Assembly: GCA_030550235.1 (NCBI GenBank)
Contig: JAUQPU010000002.1
Location: 92,602-156,601 of the forward strand
Direction: 5' to 3'
Origin: Thermoproteota archaeon
GTDB lineage: Archaea; Thermoproteota; Nitrososphaeria_A; Caldarchaeales; Calditenuaceae
Length of the DNA: 64,000 bases
This document shows, piece by piece, positions 45,538-55,212 of the stretch (positions are counted from its first letter, which is position 1; each line of letters opens with the position of its first letter). Position numbers and translations under genes: made by a program. Below the pieces are notes generated by a model. That model searched no databases, was not told the DNA's origin, and saw only the letters and a program-made list of their open reading frames with translations.

Positions 45538-48500
45538 TTGAGGTCGGTCTACGTCTCGCTCTGCCCCAACTGCGAGGGAGCAATCACGGATGAGGAGCTG
45601 GCCGAGTGGGGAGTCTGCCAGCAGTGCATCCTCGAAGAGCCAAGGGGAGAGGGCAGGCCGGTGATAAAGCCGGGTAGATATGTCCAGGTGCTAGAAATGT
45701 TTGAGGGGTTTCGGGAGTTTGAGGAGTTCTTTGCAGGCCTTGTAGGTTCTCGCCCATGGTCTCTCCAGAGGACTTGGACTAGGAGGGTCCTCCTAGGTAG
45801 AAGCTTCCCAGTAATAGCGCCAACCGGGACTGGGAAGACCACATTCTGTCTTGTAATGGCCCTATACCAAGCTACCAAGGGTAAGAGATCATACATCATA
45901 GTCCCCACGAGCCTCCTCGTCCAGCACCTACTCGAGAGGGCCTCAGCATTGGCCTCCAAGCTCGGGGGAAACAAGCCGAGGATAGTTGGATACTATTCTG
46001 ATATGAGGAAAAAAACGACCGGCCAAGTGCTTAAACAAATCGTCGAGAAAGACTTCGACATACTAATCACTACGGACAGATTTCTCTACAATAAATTTGA
46101 GCTACTAAAGGATACAAAATTCTCCTTCATATTTGTGGACGATGTTGACTCCTTCCTGAAGTCTCCGAGGAACATCGACAAAATCCTTCTCCTGATGGGG
46201 TTCACTCAAGAGGAGATTGAGAAGTATCTCAGATTGATCTCTGGAAAGGATGGGGACTCTGGAGATGGTGGTGAGGATGAGGCATCCTTGGCAACCAGTA
46301 GGCCGCTGGACTCTGTCCTGCTGGTTGCGGGTGCAACTATGAAGGGTAGGAGGAGCAAGAGGATGAGCCTGTTCAAGCTTGCGTTAAACTTCGAGCCCGG
46401 AAGCTCAATAGACCTAGTCAGGAACATCTCGAACATGTATCTCAGGCCTGGCACGAGCATCTTGGAGAGCGTCGGCGAACTTGTAAAAAGACATGGTGGG
46501 GGATGCCTCGTCTTTGTACCGCAGGTTGATGGAGTTGATGCTGCGAAGAAACTAGCGCAGTATCTTAACAGCATAGGAGTCAAAGCATATGCATATGAGA
46601 GGATGAATGTGAAGATGCTAGAGCGGTTTAGGTCCGGCGAATACGATGTATTAGTTGGCGTTGCAAGCATTAGAAGTCCTCTCGCAAGGGGAATCGACCT
46701 CCCTGAGCGGATAAGGTATGTTGTCTTCGCTGGTGTGCCGAGACGCGAGTTAACAGTGACCTGGAGTGAGCACCGGCCCTCCATGTTGCTGAGCGTTTTC
46801 AGGAGTCTGGCGCCAATTATCAGGGAGAAGAGGGAGGGAGAGCTCATACAGGTCATGGGCATGCTGAACAAGTGCGTGCCTACTCGGAGAGAAATACTGG
46901 AGATTGTGAAGCAGGGGATCGAGACTGGAAAGACCCCTGAAGGTTTCGCAGGCTATGTATACAATGCTGTTAAACGGGCCCACCAGCTCTTGAAATCCTC
47001 AATCGGTGAAGAGGAGATGAAAAGAATCGCTGAGATGCTGGATCTAAAGATTCGGGTTGATGAGAGGGGCCTCTCAATACTGATACCAGACATCGACGGT
47101 TACGTCCAGGCGTCCGGCCGCTCGTCGCGAATGTTTGCAGGAGGAATAACTAGGGGTATCTCCATATTGATTGTCGATGATGAGAAAGCTTTCAGAGGGA
47201 TTTCAAGGGGGCTTGAAACACTCTATGAGGAGACCTTCCAAGAATATGAGCGAGGCCTAGCAGAGGAGGAGTTCAAGATATGTGATAGGGATAGGAGGCT
47301 TCTGCAGGCGATAAGCAGAGAGGAGGTAAGGCCTGAAGCGATTGATATTCTAAAATCTTCTCTAATTATTGTCGAGTCTCCGACAAAGGCCAGGACGCTG
47401 GCCTACTTCTTCGGTAAGCCGGCTAGGAGGAGTATTGATGGGTTAACAGTCTATGAGTCTGTGGGTGAGGGGTATGTTGCATGCCTCTCAGCCTCTCAAG
47501 GACATCTGGTAGACCTGACGACAGGGTATGGGTTCCATGGAGTATCAATCACAGACGGCGAGATAATACCAACATACATCGATATTAAAAGATGCTTGAG
47601 ATGTGGAGAGCAGTTTACAGATGGCGAGTCCTGTCCAAACTGTGGCTCAAGGAGATTTTATAGCAAGAGAGACATAATCGAGTCTCTCCGAAAACTCGCA
47701 CTTGAGTTTGATACGGTCTTTATAGCTACTGACCCAGACGCTGAGGGTGAAAAGATCGGCTACGACATATATAACAACATCAAGCCATTTAACAAATCAA
47801 TTAGCCGCCTAGAGTTTCACGAGATTACTCGGAAGGCTCTGCGCGACGCTCTCAAATCCCCCCGAGGCCTCTCGCTGCCGCTGGTTGAGGCCCAGACCGT
47901 TAGGAGGATTGAGGATAGGTGGCTGGGTTTTGAGCTAAGCCGCCGTCTCTGGGAGCGCTTCGGTAAGAAGCATCTCTCGGCTGGGCGTGTCCAGACACCT
48001 GTCCTCGGCTGGATTATCCAGAGAATGGAGGAGTCTAAGAAGAGGAGGACCGTCGCGACGCTGATTCTCGACGACGGCTCAGAGATAGTTTTAGAGAATA
48101 TCGAGAACCTCGAAGATGTCAGAAAGAACTATCGTGATGGGACGCTCCAGGTCGAGGTATTGGATGCAGGAGTTGTTGATGAGACTGTCCTCTCCCCGAA
48201 GCCCTACACCACAGACTCGCTCCTACGCGACGCCTCAGTTATGCTGAGGATGAGTACTGCCGAGGCTATGACGGTGGCTCAGAGACTCTTTGAATCCGGT
48301 CTAATAACGTATCACAGGACAGGCTCCACTTATGTCTCCACGACAGGAATATCTATAGCTAAGATCTACATCAGCGAAAACTATCCACAATATTTCGCTC
48401 CAAGGCACCATGGGGAGCCTGGAGCACACGAGTGCATCAGACCTACAAGACCGCTCAACAGGAGGCAGCTCGAACTCTACATCCAGTCGGGGATGCTCCG

Positions 48501-49089
48501 GATGCCCACGAGACTCGATAATAGAGACCTTGCGCTCTATGACCTGATCTTCCGTCGATTCATCGCTAGCCAGATGAGGGAGGCAATTGTCTTGAAGCAG
48601 AGTTATAGGGTGAGGGTTCTTGGCTCCGAGTATGGTGTGGAGAGGGTTGTAGGTGTTAAAGACCCGAGTTTCTTAGAGGTGTTCCAGACTGTCAGGGTTC
48701 TGAAGCCTCTTACGCCGGGGGTGCACAGGGTTGTTAACCTTGATGCTAGGAGGGTTCAGGCCGTCCCACTGCTCCGTGAGGGGGACATCATAGCGCTTAT
48801 GCGGGAGAGAGGAATTGGGAGGCCGAGCACCTATGCCAGGATACTAAGCGTCCTCTACAAGAGGGGCTACATCTTCAACAACAGGGGTCGGGTCTTGGCG
48901 ACGAGGCTTGGGAGAATAGTTTACGATTATCTAGCATCCAATTTCGGCATGCTTGTCTCCGAGGACCTGACGAGGAGGCTTGAGGAGCTTATGGAGAAGG
49001 TTGAGGCCGGCGAGGTCGGATACCAGGAGGTGCTTAAAGAGCTCTACCAGGAGGCCATGCTGATCTCTAAGCTGCCTGAGAAGGCTTAA
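45538..49089 (+). CDS. rgy: Reverse gyrase (N-terminal SF2 helicase-like domain fused to type IA topoisomerase)
   Basis: 1183 aa. N-terminal Zn finger (CPNCEGA...CQQC), helicase Walker A (APTGTGKTT), topoisomerase Toprim start (IVESPTKARTLAYFFG), second Zn finger (CLRCGEQFTDGESCPNCG), topo IA core. TTG start. Confidence 0.95.
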   Translation: MRSVYVSLCPNCEGAITDEELAEWGVCQQCILEEPRGEGRPVIKPGRYVQVLEMFEGFREFEEFFAGLVGSRPWSLQRTWTRRVLLGRSFPVIAPTGTGKTTFCLVMALYQATKGKRSYIIVPTSLLVQHLLERASALASKLGGNKPRIVGYYSDMRKKTTGQVLKQIVEKDFDILITTDRFLYNKFELLKDTKFSFIFVDDVDSFLKSPRNIDKILLLMGFTQEEIEKYLRLISGKDGDSGDGGEDEASLATSRPLDSVLLVAGATMKGRRSKRMSLFKLALNFEPGSSIDLVRNISNMYLRPGTSILESVGELVKRHGGGCLVFVPQVDGVDAAKKLAQYLNSIGVKAYAYERMNVKMLERFRSGEYDVLVGVASIRSPLARGIDLPERIRYVVFAGVPRRELTVTWSEHRPSMLLSVFRSLAPIIREKREGELIQVMGMLNKCVPTRREILEIVKQGIETGKTPEGFAGYVYNAVKRAHQLLKSSIGEEEMKRIAEMLDLKIRVDERGLSILIPDIDGYVQASGRSSRMFAGGITRGISILIVDDEKAFRGISRGLETLYEETFQEYERGLAEEEFKICDRDRRLLQAISREEVRPEAIDILKSSLIIVESPTKARTLAYFFGKPARRSIDGLTVYESVGEGYVACLSASQGHLVDLTTGYGFHGVSITDGEIIPTYIDIKRCLRCGEQFTDGESCPNCGSRRFYSKRDIIESLRKLALEFDTVFIATDPDAEGEKIGYDIYNNIKPFNKSISRLEFHEITRKALRDALKSPRGLSLPLVEAQTVRRIEDRWLGFELSRRLWERFGKKHLSAGRVQTPVLGWIIQRMEESKKRRTVATLILDDGSEIVLENIENLEDVRKNYRDGTLQVEVLDAGVVDETVLSPKPYTTDSLLRDASVMLRMSTAEAMTVAQRLFESGLITYHRTGSTYVSTTGISIAKIYISENYPQYFAPRHHGEPGAHECIRPTRPLNRRQLELYIQSGMLRMPTRLDNRDLALYDLIFRRFIASQMREAIVLKQSYRVRVLGSEYGVERVVGVKDPSFLEVFQTVRVLKPLTPGVHRVVNLDARRVQAVPLLREGDIIALMRERGIGRPSTYARILSVLYKRGYIFNNRGRVLATRLGRIVYDYLASNFGMLVSEDLTRRLEELMEKVEAGEVGYQEVLKELYQEAMLISKLPEKA

Positions 49090-49127
49090 TATGGTGAGCC
49101 CTTGAGTGGGTTTAGGGGGTAGGGTGA

Positions 49128-49241
49128 ATGTCGGCTAGCCAGTTCTTCGACATGCTATATACAAACGCCTATATACTCTTCCTAATCGGTCTCTCGATCT
49201 ACGCGCTATACGTCATCTACACCAACATCAGGTCCGACTAG
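49128..49241 (+). CDS. 37-aa single-TM micro-protein candidate
   Basis: MSASQFFDMLYTNAYILFLIGLSIYALYVIYTNIRSD is one hydrophobic helix. Lies downstream of rgy and overlaps the 3' end of the convergent ttuA-like gene. Not in the track. Confidence 0.2.
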   Translation: MSASQFFDMLYTNAYILFLIGLSIYALYVIYTNIRSD

Positions 49242-50174
49242 CTGTCTAGTCTCGCCTAAAATGTGGGAGACTAGGCCTTCGAGTTCGCACGACCTGCAGA
49301 GGCTCCTAGAGGTCGGCTCCCCGCAGACCTTGCAGTGTGTTAGGGCTCCCTCACGTGTCTCTATCCTCGACTCTATTGCTTTTAGCGCGGCGAAGAGGGA
49401 GCCGGGGTATCTTGCATCGAAGTGGGCTAGGAAGCTCCTGACGAGGTCGCGCTGAGAGTCCTGTGCGTTTGGGCAGGGCGTCTCCTGGAATGGTATCCTG
49501 CTCAGGTATGCGTATAGGACGACCTCCTCCTCCGGGATTAGCCTGAGCGGAGAGACGCGCGGGATTATCCCATCCCCCTCTCGTCTCAAGCCTATCGGAG
49601 CCTTCGGAAATTCTCCGCGCAGCATATCCATCAGGTAGGTCTGGACTATGTCGTCTAGTGTATGGGCGGTCGCGACCACTGTGGCCTTAAGCTCGCGGGC
49701 TGCGAGGCTGATGCTCTTTCTCCGCCAGACCCCGCAAAGGGTGCAGGGGCCCAATCCAAGCCTCTTCAAAACCCCGCTCTCCCTAGCATCCGTCAAACCG
49801 GCTCCAAAGAGCTCTTTAAAAGAGTAGACCCGATGCTCAACCCTCAGCCTCCTACAGAGCTCGGCCGCAAGTCTAAGCGCCTCATCCCTATAGCCCGGAA
49901 TTCCCTCATCTATAGAGACTGCGACCAGGCTCGCCCTCGGGAAATCCCTCTCAATCCTGGCAAGTATCTTCAGTAGGCTTAGACTGTCCTTCCCTCCTGA
50001 TACAGCGACTAGAATCCTGTCATCCTCCCTAAGTAGGCTATATCTCGAGATGGTCCTCCTCACACGCTTCTCGATGCTCTCTTTGAAGCATTCGGCGCAG
50101 AAGGAGACCCCAGAGTAGGCCTGTCTATAGACAGGTGGGGACTCTCTGCAGACATCGCACAGCTTTCCGCTCAT
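49206..50174 (-). CDS. ttuA: TtuA/NcsA (Ncs6/Ctu1) family tRNA 2-thiolation PP-loop ATPase with zinc-finger/Fe-S cysteines
   Basis: N-terminal CxxC...CxxC (CDVC...CAEC), PP-loop SGGKDS, central cysteines (PCTLCG), C-terminal CKVCG...CRSC. Confidence 0.75.
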   Translation of the reverse strand: MSGKLCDVCRESPPVYRQAYSGVSFCAECFKESIEKRVRRTISRYSLLREDDRILVAVSGGKDSLSLLKILARIERDFPRASLVAVSIDEGIPGYRDEALRLAAELCRRLRVEHRVYSFKELFGAGLTDARESGVLKRLGLGPCTLCGVWRRKSISLAARELKATVVATAHTLDDIVQTYLMDMLRGEFPKAPIGLRREGDGIIPRVSPLRLIPEEEVVLYAYLSRIPFQETPCPNAQDSQRDLVRSFLAHFDARYPGSLFAALKAIESRIETREGALTHCKVCGEPTSRSLCRSCELEGLVSHILGETRQLVGPDVGVDDV

Positions 50175-50227
50175 CCTAAGCCAAAACTATCTAGCCCCAC
50201 CTAGGTTATAGTCTTGGCGTGTACTGT

Positions 50228-51844
50228 TTAGAGGGCTTTGGCTGGGTGCTTCAGTATCCCCGCCTTGATGCTTCCGGGCCGGGTAGTATATGATGGGTAT
50301 CCTATGGCTACGACGGTCATTACCTCGAGCCCGTCTGAACTGGGCGAGAAAAACTCTACACAGTCGTCATCGTAGAATGTGAGGCCGGTGGCGCCGAGCC
50401 CGACAGAGTAGGCGGATAGGTAGAGCCTTCCAAGCCTAATCCCGCCCTCTAGCTGGGCCGCCCTGTAGCCCCGCCCCCCAAGCACGTTTAAGACCTTGTC
50501 TAGGTCGGCCATGTTGAAGAATACTATGGATGCGTCCCTGCCCAGAGCCTGTTCTAGGCATAGGTAACCGGCGGCCTCCCTGAACTGTCCTTTCCTCAAA
50601 AGCCGCAGTTCGCCCGTAGACGGTATGTATCGGTAACAGCCGCTGGGCATGCCCTCTACCGCATTCACGATCAGGTATGGGCGAATTAGCGTGTCACGGG
50701 TGTCTGGTAGGAAATCCGCCCTCAGAGGGCCGAAACTGTATCTAAGTATGGCTGAGAGCTGGGAGGCTCCAATACTTCTTCTCGCAAACTTTCTGGTTGA
50801 GCCACGCTCGAGAATCACCTCCCAAATCCTCTTCTCCGTTGTCGCCGGCTGGGGGGCTTGGACTGGGAGCCCTGAATTTCCATCTCGATCTAACCCGTGT
50901 AGCAGGGCTGCAGACTTCTTCCAAGACGCCACCTCATCGCTAGAGCGGAGCATAGTCGAGGCATGTGTCTCAGAGATTAGAGAGTATTTCACAGGCCTGC
51001 CTCTCTGGGCGGCCGGTACACCTTCGATAGGGCCGGCCACTCTCTCCGGGGCTTCTGCCCCAGCTGCCTCCACACGCCCATCCACGGTTATTACCGCGAA
51101 TACCGCCTCATCCTCTCCGTCAACGCCGAGAAGGCTGTTAACCTCGTCATCCACGAAGCCGGCGTGGACTTTGGCATCGAGGCCGAAAGAACAGGCAACA
51201 GCTAGGAGATTAGCTGCCATCGCGCCTCCATCCCAGAACCAGTGCCTATAGCTCCGCTCCCTGTATTTCCATGCATTCCTCCAACCACAGGCTGTGAGGA
51301 TGACTAGGAGTCTAGCGCTGGCTGCGCCCTGGTCTTGGATTGTCTCAGCAATCCTCCGCCTGAAATCCCCACTCCTAAGCCTCGTCAGAACGAACTCGCC
51401 TGGATCGAAGTGATAGACACCGGCCTCCACATCCTCTACCCATCCTATAACCGGGTAGAGCTCGGTGCTGTATAGCGCCCCAGTCGCCGGAGCTACTCTG
51501 AAATAGATGTAGTGGTCTCCAACCCTCTCGACGCGGCTTATCCCCGCAGTAAAGTAGAGGAGAGAGGCTAGGTGGCTGATCGATAGGGTTTTCGGGGCCT
51601 CAATAGACAGGCTGCATGTTAGTGCATCGGTTGCGCGGCCTACTGGCCTCTCAAACTCGGCCGGGAGCTGCTTCTTCTCCCCGCTGATATAGTATTTGAA
51701 TGGGTAGGGCTTGTTAGAGAAGTCAAGATACCCTGAGCCGACTCTGACACTGGCGTAGCTGTGTTTAGTCGCCTCATGATATCTACGGGCCTTGTCTGAG
51801 CCCCATTTACCGGATACATGTTCTGGGGACAAAAACATACACAC
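50228..51844 (-). CDS. SagB/ThcOx-type dehydrogenase (nitroreductase-like, two-domain)
   Basis: N-terminal ARRYHEATKHSYASV is a motif I recognise from SagB-type dehydrogenase domains. The second half starts with the nitroreductase-like ERGSTRKFARRSIGASQLSAILRYSFG. 538 aa. Confidence 0.6.
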   Translation of the reverse strand: MCMFLSPEHVSGKWGSDKARRYHEATKHSYASVRVGSGYLDFSNKPYPFKYYISGEKKQLPAEFERPVGRATDALTCSLSIEAPKTLSISHLASLLYFTAGISRVERVGDHYIYFRVAPATGALYSTELYPVIGWVEDVEAGVYHFDPGEFVLTRLRSGDFRRRIAETIQDQGAASARLLVILTACGWRNAWKYRERSYRHWFWDGGAMAANLLAVACSFGLDAKVHAGFVDDEVNSLLGVDGEDEAVFAVITVDGRVEAAGAEAPERVAGPIEGVPAAQRGRPVKYSLISETHASTMLRSSDEVASWKKSAALLHGLDRDGNSGLPVQAPQPATTEKRIWEVILERGSTRKFARRSIGASQLSAILRYSFGPLRADFLPDTRDTLIRPYLIVNAVEGMPSGCYRYIPSTGELRLLRKGQFREAAGYLCLEQALGRDASIVFFNMADLDKVLNVLGGRGYRAAQLEGGIRLGRLYLSAYSVGLGATGLTFYDDDCVEFFSPSSDGLEVMTVVAIGYPSYTTRPGSIKAGILKHPAKAL

Positions 51845-51895
51845 CTTGGGTCAGGGTGAGCTGGTATCTTCACAGCTCAGCTGAGACAAATCTCA

Positions 51896-53113
51896 TCATT
51901 CCTGCTGAACGTCTTGCCGGCCAGTAGATATATTTTTCCAAGGAGATAGGCTCACACCGTCGAAAACATAGACCTCTCCAAGCGTCTTAGACACAGTCTC
52001 CTCAAGTCCAAGCCTCAACCACTCCGCCTCCACATCCTCGAGCCTCGGCCGTGGAATGGGGTGCCGCGAGATAATCGAGCAGCAGTCCTTATACTCCTTG
52101 ATTGAGAGCTCGTAGAGGCCGAGTCTCTGGGAGAGGCGGATAATCTCTTCCTTGTCAAACCCTATCAGCGGGCGAAGGACCAGCATTCCTAGGCTGTGAG
52201 TGGCGGCTATGAGGGACTCGAGTGTCTGGGAGGCAACCTGGGCCAAGGAATCTCCGCTGACTATTGCTTTGGCCCCTATGATGGATCCCAGCTCCTCTGC
52301 AAGTCTGAACATGAATCTCCTGAAGAGGGCTAGCTCGAGTCCCGGCTTGGCGGATAGGGAGCTGGCTAGAAAGTGGTGGTATGGGGCGAGATACAGCCTC
52401 GAGACTGGGCTTGTATCCTTCAGCCTTAGGTAAAGCTCCCCAATCTTGTCTGATATAGCGTCCTGCGGGGTGGGGAGGGCGTAGACGTGGAGCATATCTA
52501 CGATGCATCCGCGCTTCATCATGAGCCATGCGGCAACTGGCGAGTCTATTCCACCTGAGAGAAGCGCGAGGACACGCCCCGAGGCCCCAACCGGCAGGCC
52601 ACTCACTCCCTCAAACCTCCGCCAACCAAAGAGGAAGGCATCATCCAAGACGCTAACCCAGAAGACGGTCTCAGGATTTTTCAAATCCACAGTGGCCCCC
52701 GTCGCTTTCCTTATCCTCTCGCCCATCTCTCTCATGATTTCGAGCGAGGTTTTTGGGTAGGACTTGTCTGCCCGCGAGGCTTTGACCGCTATGCGTGAGG
52801 GGGTAAGCTCTCTAGCCTTTTCCTCGGCTACGCGCATCAGAAGCTCATAATCCCTAGGCATCATGTATCCTGTCCGGGTCCATCTAACCCCCGGAACCCT
52901 GCTTATCCGCTGAGCCAACTCAACAGCTTCCTTCTCGCCTCCGACCTCAACTATTATCCTTGCCTGCTTACGATGTAGGCATAGCCCATGCCCCCCAATA
53001 GACCTGGCTATGTTCCTGGCCAACATCCTCTCTAGCCTCGGCCTGTTACCGCCCTTCACCATTAACTCTGAAGCGGCGGCGATAACCACGTTTCTAAGCT
53101 GGCTGGCAGCCAT
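51896..53113 (-). CDS. thiI: tRNA 4-thiouridine synthase ThiI (THUMP plus PP-loop, no rhodanese domain)
   Basis: N-terminal ELMVKGGNRPRLE (ThiI/THUMP start). PP-loop LLSGGIDSPVAAWLMMKRG. 405 aa, too short to carry a rhodanese domain. Confidence 0.8.
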   Translation of the reverse strand: MAASQLRNVVIAAASELMVKGGNRPRLERMLARNIARSIGGHGLCLHRKQARIIVEVGGEKEAVELAQRISRVPGVRWTRTGYMMPRDYELLMRVAEEKARELTPSRIAVKASRADKSYPKTSLEIMREMGERIRKATGATVDLKNPETVFWVSVLDDAFLFGWRRFEGVSGLPVGASGRVLALLSGGIDSPVAAWLMMKRGCIVDMLHVYALPTPQDAISDKIGELYLRLKDTSPVSRLYLAPYHHFLASSLSAKPGLELALFRRFMFRLAEELGSIIGAKAIVSGDSLAQVASQTLESLIAATHSLGMLVLRPLIGFDKEEIIRLSQRLGLYELSIKEYKDCCSIISRHPIPRPRLEDVEAEWLRLGLEETVSKTLGEVYVFDGVSLSPWKNISTGRQDVQQE

Positions 53114-53220
53114 CTCCCTCCTACAATCTCTAGCGCCCGCGCTCTACCTAAAAGTTATGGATACTGGCGGTGTGTTCTGTGGGAATCCTTGAATAAGCGG
53201 GCTGTTGTAACATTGTTGGA

Positions 53221-54459
53221 GTGGAGGGCTGGGCCTGGGCTGCTACTGGCAGCGTCGAGAAGAGTCTAGAGTCCCTCAACTGCCAGGTCTGCCGAGGAGT
53301 TGCGAAGAATTGTAGCCTAATGAGCTGCCCCTTCTACAGGGAGGCTGTAAAACAGGCTCTAGAGTCTCTTAGGAGCCGTGAGGTGTTGTTTGGCCCCACC
53401 CCCCCAACCGTACTAGTTGGTGAGTGGGGGTATCCAAGGGTCTACACAGGCACAGCCCTACTGCTCTCAACAGACATGGACCCTCGGATTCTAGAGTCGC
53501 CGAAGTCTTGGCTCAACTTATCCCTCGACGAGCTCCTCAACATGAGGCTGAGCCTCCTACTAGGTAGGACACGAGTGCACGTCGACTTGGCAAGGAGCCC
53601 CGCCAAGATAATCGATGTTGTACAGGGATCTTCGGCGTCTCAGAGGCCCGTCGACTTGGAGCTGAAGATATCGTCGGGGAGACTAAGCTTTGTCCCTGGC
53701 TTCGGAGTTAGGCACTCGCCCTACGGTCCGGCCGGTAGGGTCGAGTATCTCAAGCTCGTAGACAATCCCGCGATACCAAGGCAGGTCGACCGCATCATCA
53801 GCGACCCGTACACTCCGACAGTCGAGGCTGTAGAGAAGCTCACATACTCAGGCATCGACGAATACTACCTCACGAGGCTCCTCTCCTCTGGGCTACTGGG
53901 AAGGAGAATTGACAGGAAGCTAGTCCCGACAGAGTGGAGCATAACGGCGATAGACGATATGCTGGGAAAAACAGTCCTGAGGCGCGTCAAGCGGTTTAGG
54001 GTAATTGAGGAGTTCAGACTCTACACTTTCAGCGCCCACTTCAACACTGCATATGTGATGCTAACGCCGACTCCTTGGATGTTTGAGCTCCTGGAAGGCT
54101 GGGTGAGAAGCATGAAGGTCTACTCAGACTACGAGCTCACATGGAGTAGGTCAAATTACGCTGAGAATACTGGGGGCGCCTACTACGCCTGCAGGCTCCC
54201 AATCCTCAACTACTTAGACCGTCTAAGGGCCCAGGCTGGGGCAATAGTCTTCTTCGAAGTTGATAAGGGCTGGATCCCCCTCGGTGTCTGGAGGTTTAGA
54301 GAGATTGTCCGCGTGGCTCTCGAGAAGAATCCAACAAAGTTTGGAAGCCTCAGTGAAGCCTTGGGGTTCCTGGAGGGCAGGCTGAAGCTTGGGCTAAAGA
54401 AGTATCTGGCGACCAGCCATCTAATCCCGTTCCTCCATAAGCAGATAAGCCTTGTGTAA
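53221..54459 (+). CDS. Hypothetical 412-aa protein with N-terminal Cys4 cluster (possibly archaeal Nre-like)
   Basis: CQVCRG-x6-C-x4-C near the N-terminus, then a long alpha/beta region. GTG start, may be over-extended. Confidence 0.4.
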   Translation: MEGWAWAATGSVEKSLESLNCQVCRGVAKNCSLMSCPFYREAVKQALESLRSREVLFGPTPPTVLVGEWGYPRVYTGTALLLSTDMDPRILESPKSWLNLSLDELLNMRLSLLLGRTRVHVDLARSPAKIIDVVQGSSASQRPVDLELKISSGRLSFVPGFGVRHSPYGPAGRVEYLKLVDNPAIPRQVDRIISDPYTPTVEAVEKLTYSGIDEYYLTRLLSSGLLGRRIDRKLVPTEWSITAIDDMLGKTVLRRVKRFRVIEEFRLYTFSAHFNTAYVMLTPTPWMFELLEGWVRSMKVYSDYELTWSRSNYAENTGGAYYACRLPILNYLDRLRAQAGAIVFFEVDKGWIPLGVWRFREIVRVALEKNPTKFGSLSEALGFLEGRLKLGLKKYLATSHLIPFLHKQISLV

Positions 54460-54483
54460 AGATCATTCACAATATTTAATAGA

Positions 54484-55212
54484 ATGGGTAGTAAATTATC
54501 CATCAGCATGGAGTCAGATGGAGATTACGCCATAGTCCTCGAGGATGTCTGGAAGGTCTATAAGACGGGGAAGACCGAGTACCCAGCCCTAAGAGGATTA
54601 ACGCTCTCTGTGAAGAGCGGCGAGATGGTCTCAATCATGGGCCCCAGTGGAAGCGGCAAATCTACACTACTACACATAGCCGGGACGCTCGATAGGCCTA
54701 CAAAAGGCCGTGTCTCAATATACGGCATCGACACTTCTAGGCTAGACGACTCGAAGCTAAGCGAGATTAGAAACAGATTCATAGGATTCGTCTTCCAATC
54801 CTACAACCTGATCAATAGACTTTCAGCCCTAAACAACGTCTCCCTCCCCCTAGCCGTGAGGGGTGTTCCGCTCCAGGAGCGTCAGGCCGCTGCACTGGAG
54901 GCTTTAAAGCTTGTTGGGCTGGAGCATTTTGCGAACAAGAAGCCTACCGAGCTTAGTGGGGGGGAGCAGCAGAGGGTGGCAATAGCCCGCGGCCTAGTAG
55001 GCAGGCCTAGGATACTGTTGGCAGACGAGCCTACAGGTAACCTGGACACTAAGAACGCCGTGGCGATTATGGAGATTCTGAGAAACATCAATAAGACATT
55101 AGGCACCACCATCGTTATAGTAACACACAACCCTGAGATCGCAGAGAAGTGCGACAGGATTGTTAGGCTGAGAGATGGGAGGGTAGAATCGGAGGTGATA
55201 CTTCATGCTTAG
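54484..55212 (+). CDS. ABC transporter ATP-binding protein, MacB/LolD-like
   Basis: Walker A GPSGSGKST, Q-loop, signature LSGGEQQRVAIAR, Walker B LLADEPTGNLD, H-loop VTHN. Confidence 0.85.
   Translation: MGSKLSISMESDGDYAIVLEDVWKVYKTGKTEYPALRGLTLSVKSGEMVSIMGPSGSGKSTLLHIAGTLDRPTKGRVSIYGIDTSRLDDSKLSEIRNRFIGFVFQSYNLINRLSALNNVSLPLAVRGVPLQERQAAALEALKLVGLEHFANKKPTELSGGEQQRVAIARGLVGRPRILLADEPTGNLDTKNAVAIMEILRNINKTLGTTIVIVTHNPEIAEKCDRIVRLRDGRVESEVILHA

Noticed and set aside
45549-46871. Minus-strand ORFs of 141 and 221 aa inside reverse gyrase
   Set aside because: They are antisense shadows of a 1183-aa conserved gene with no motifs.
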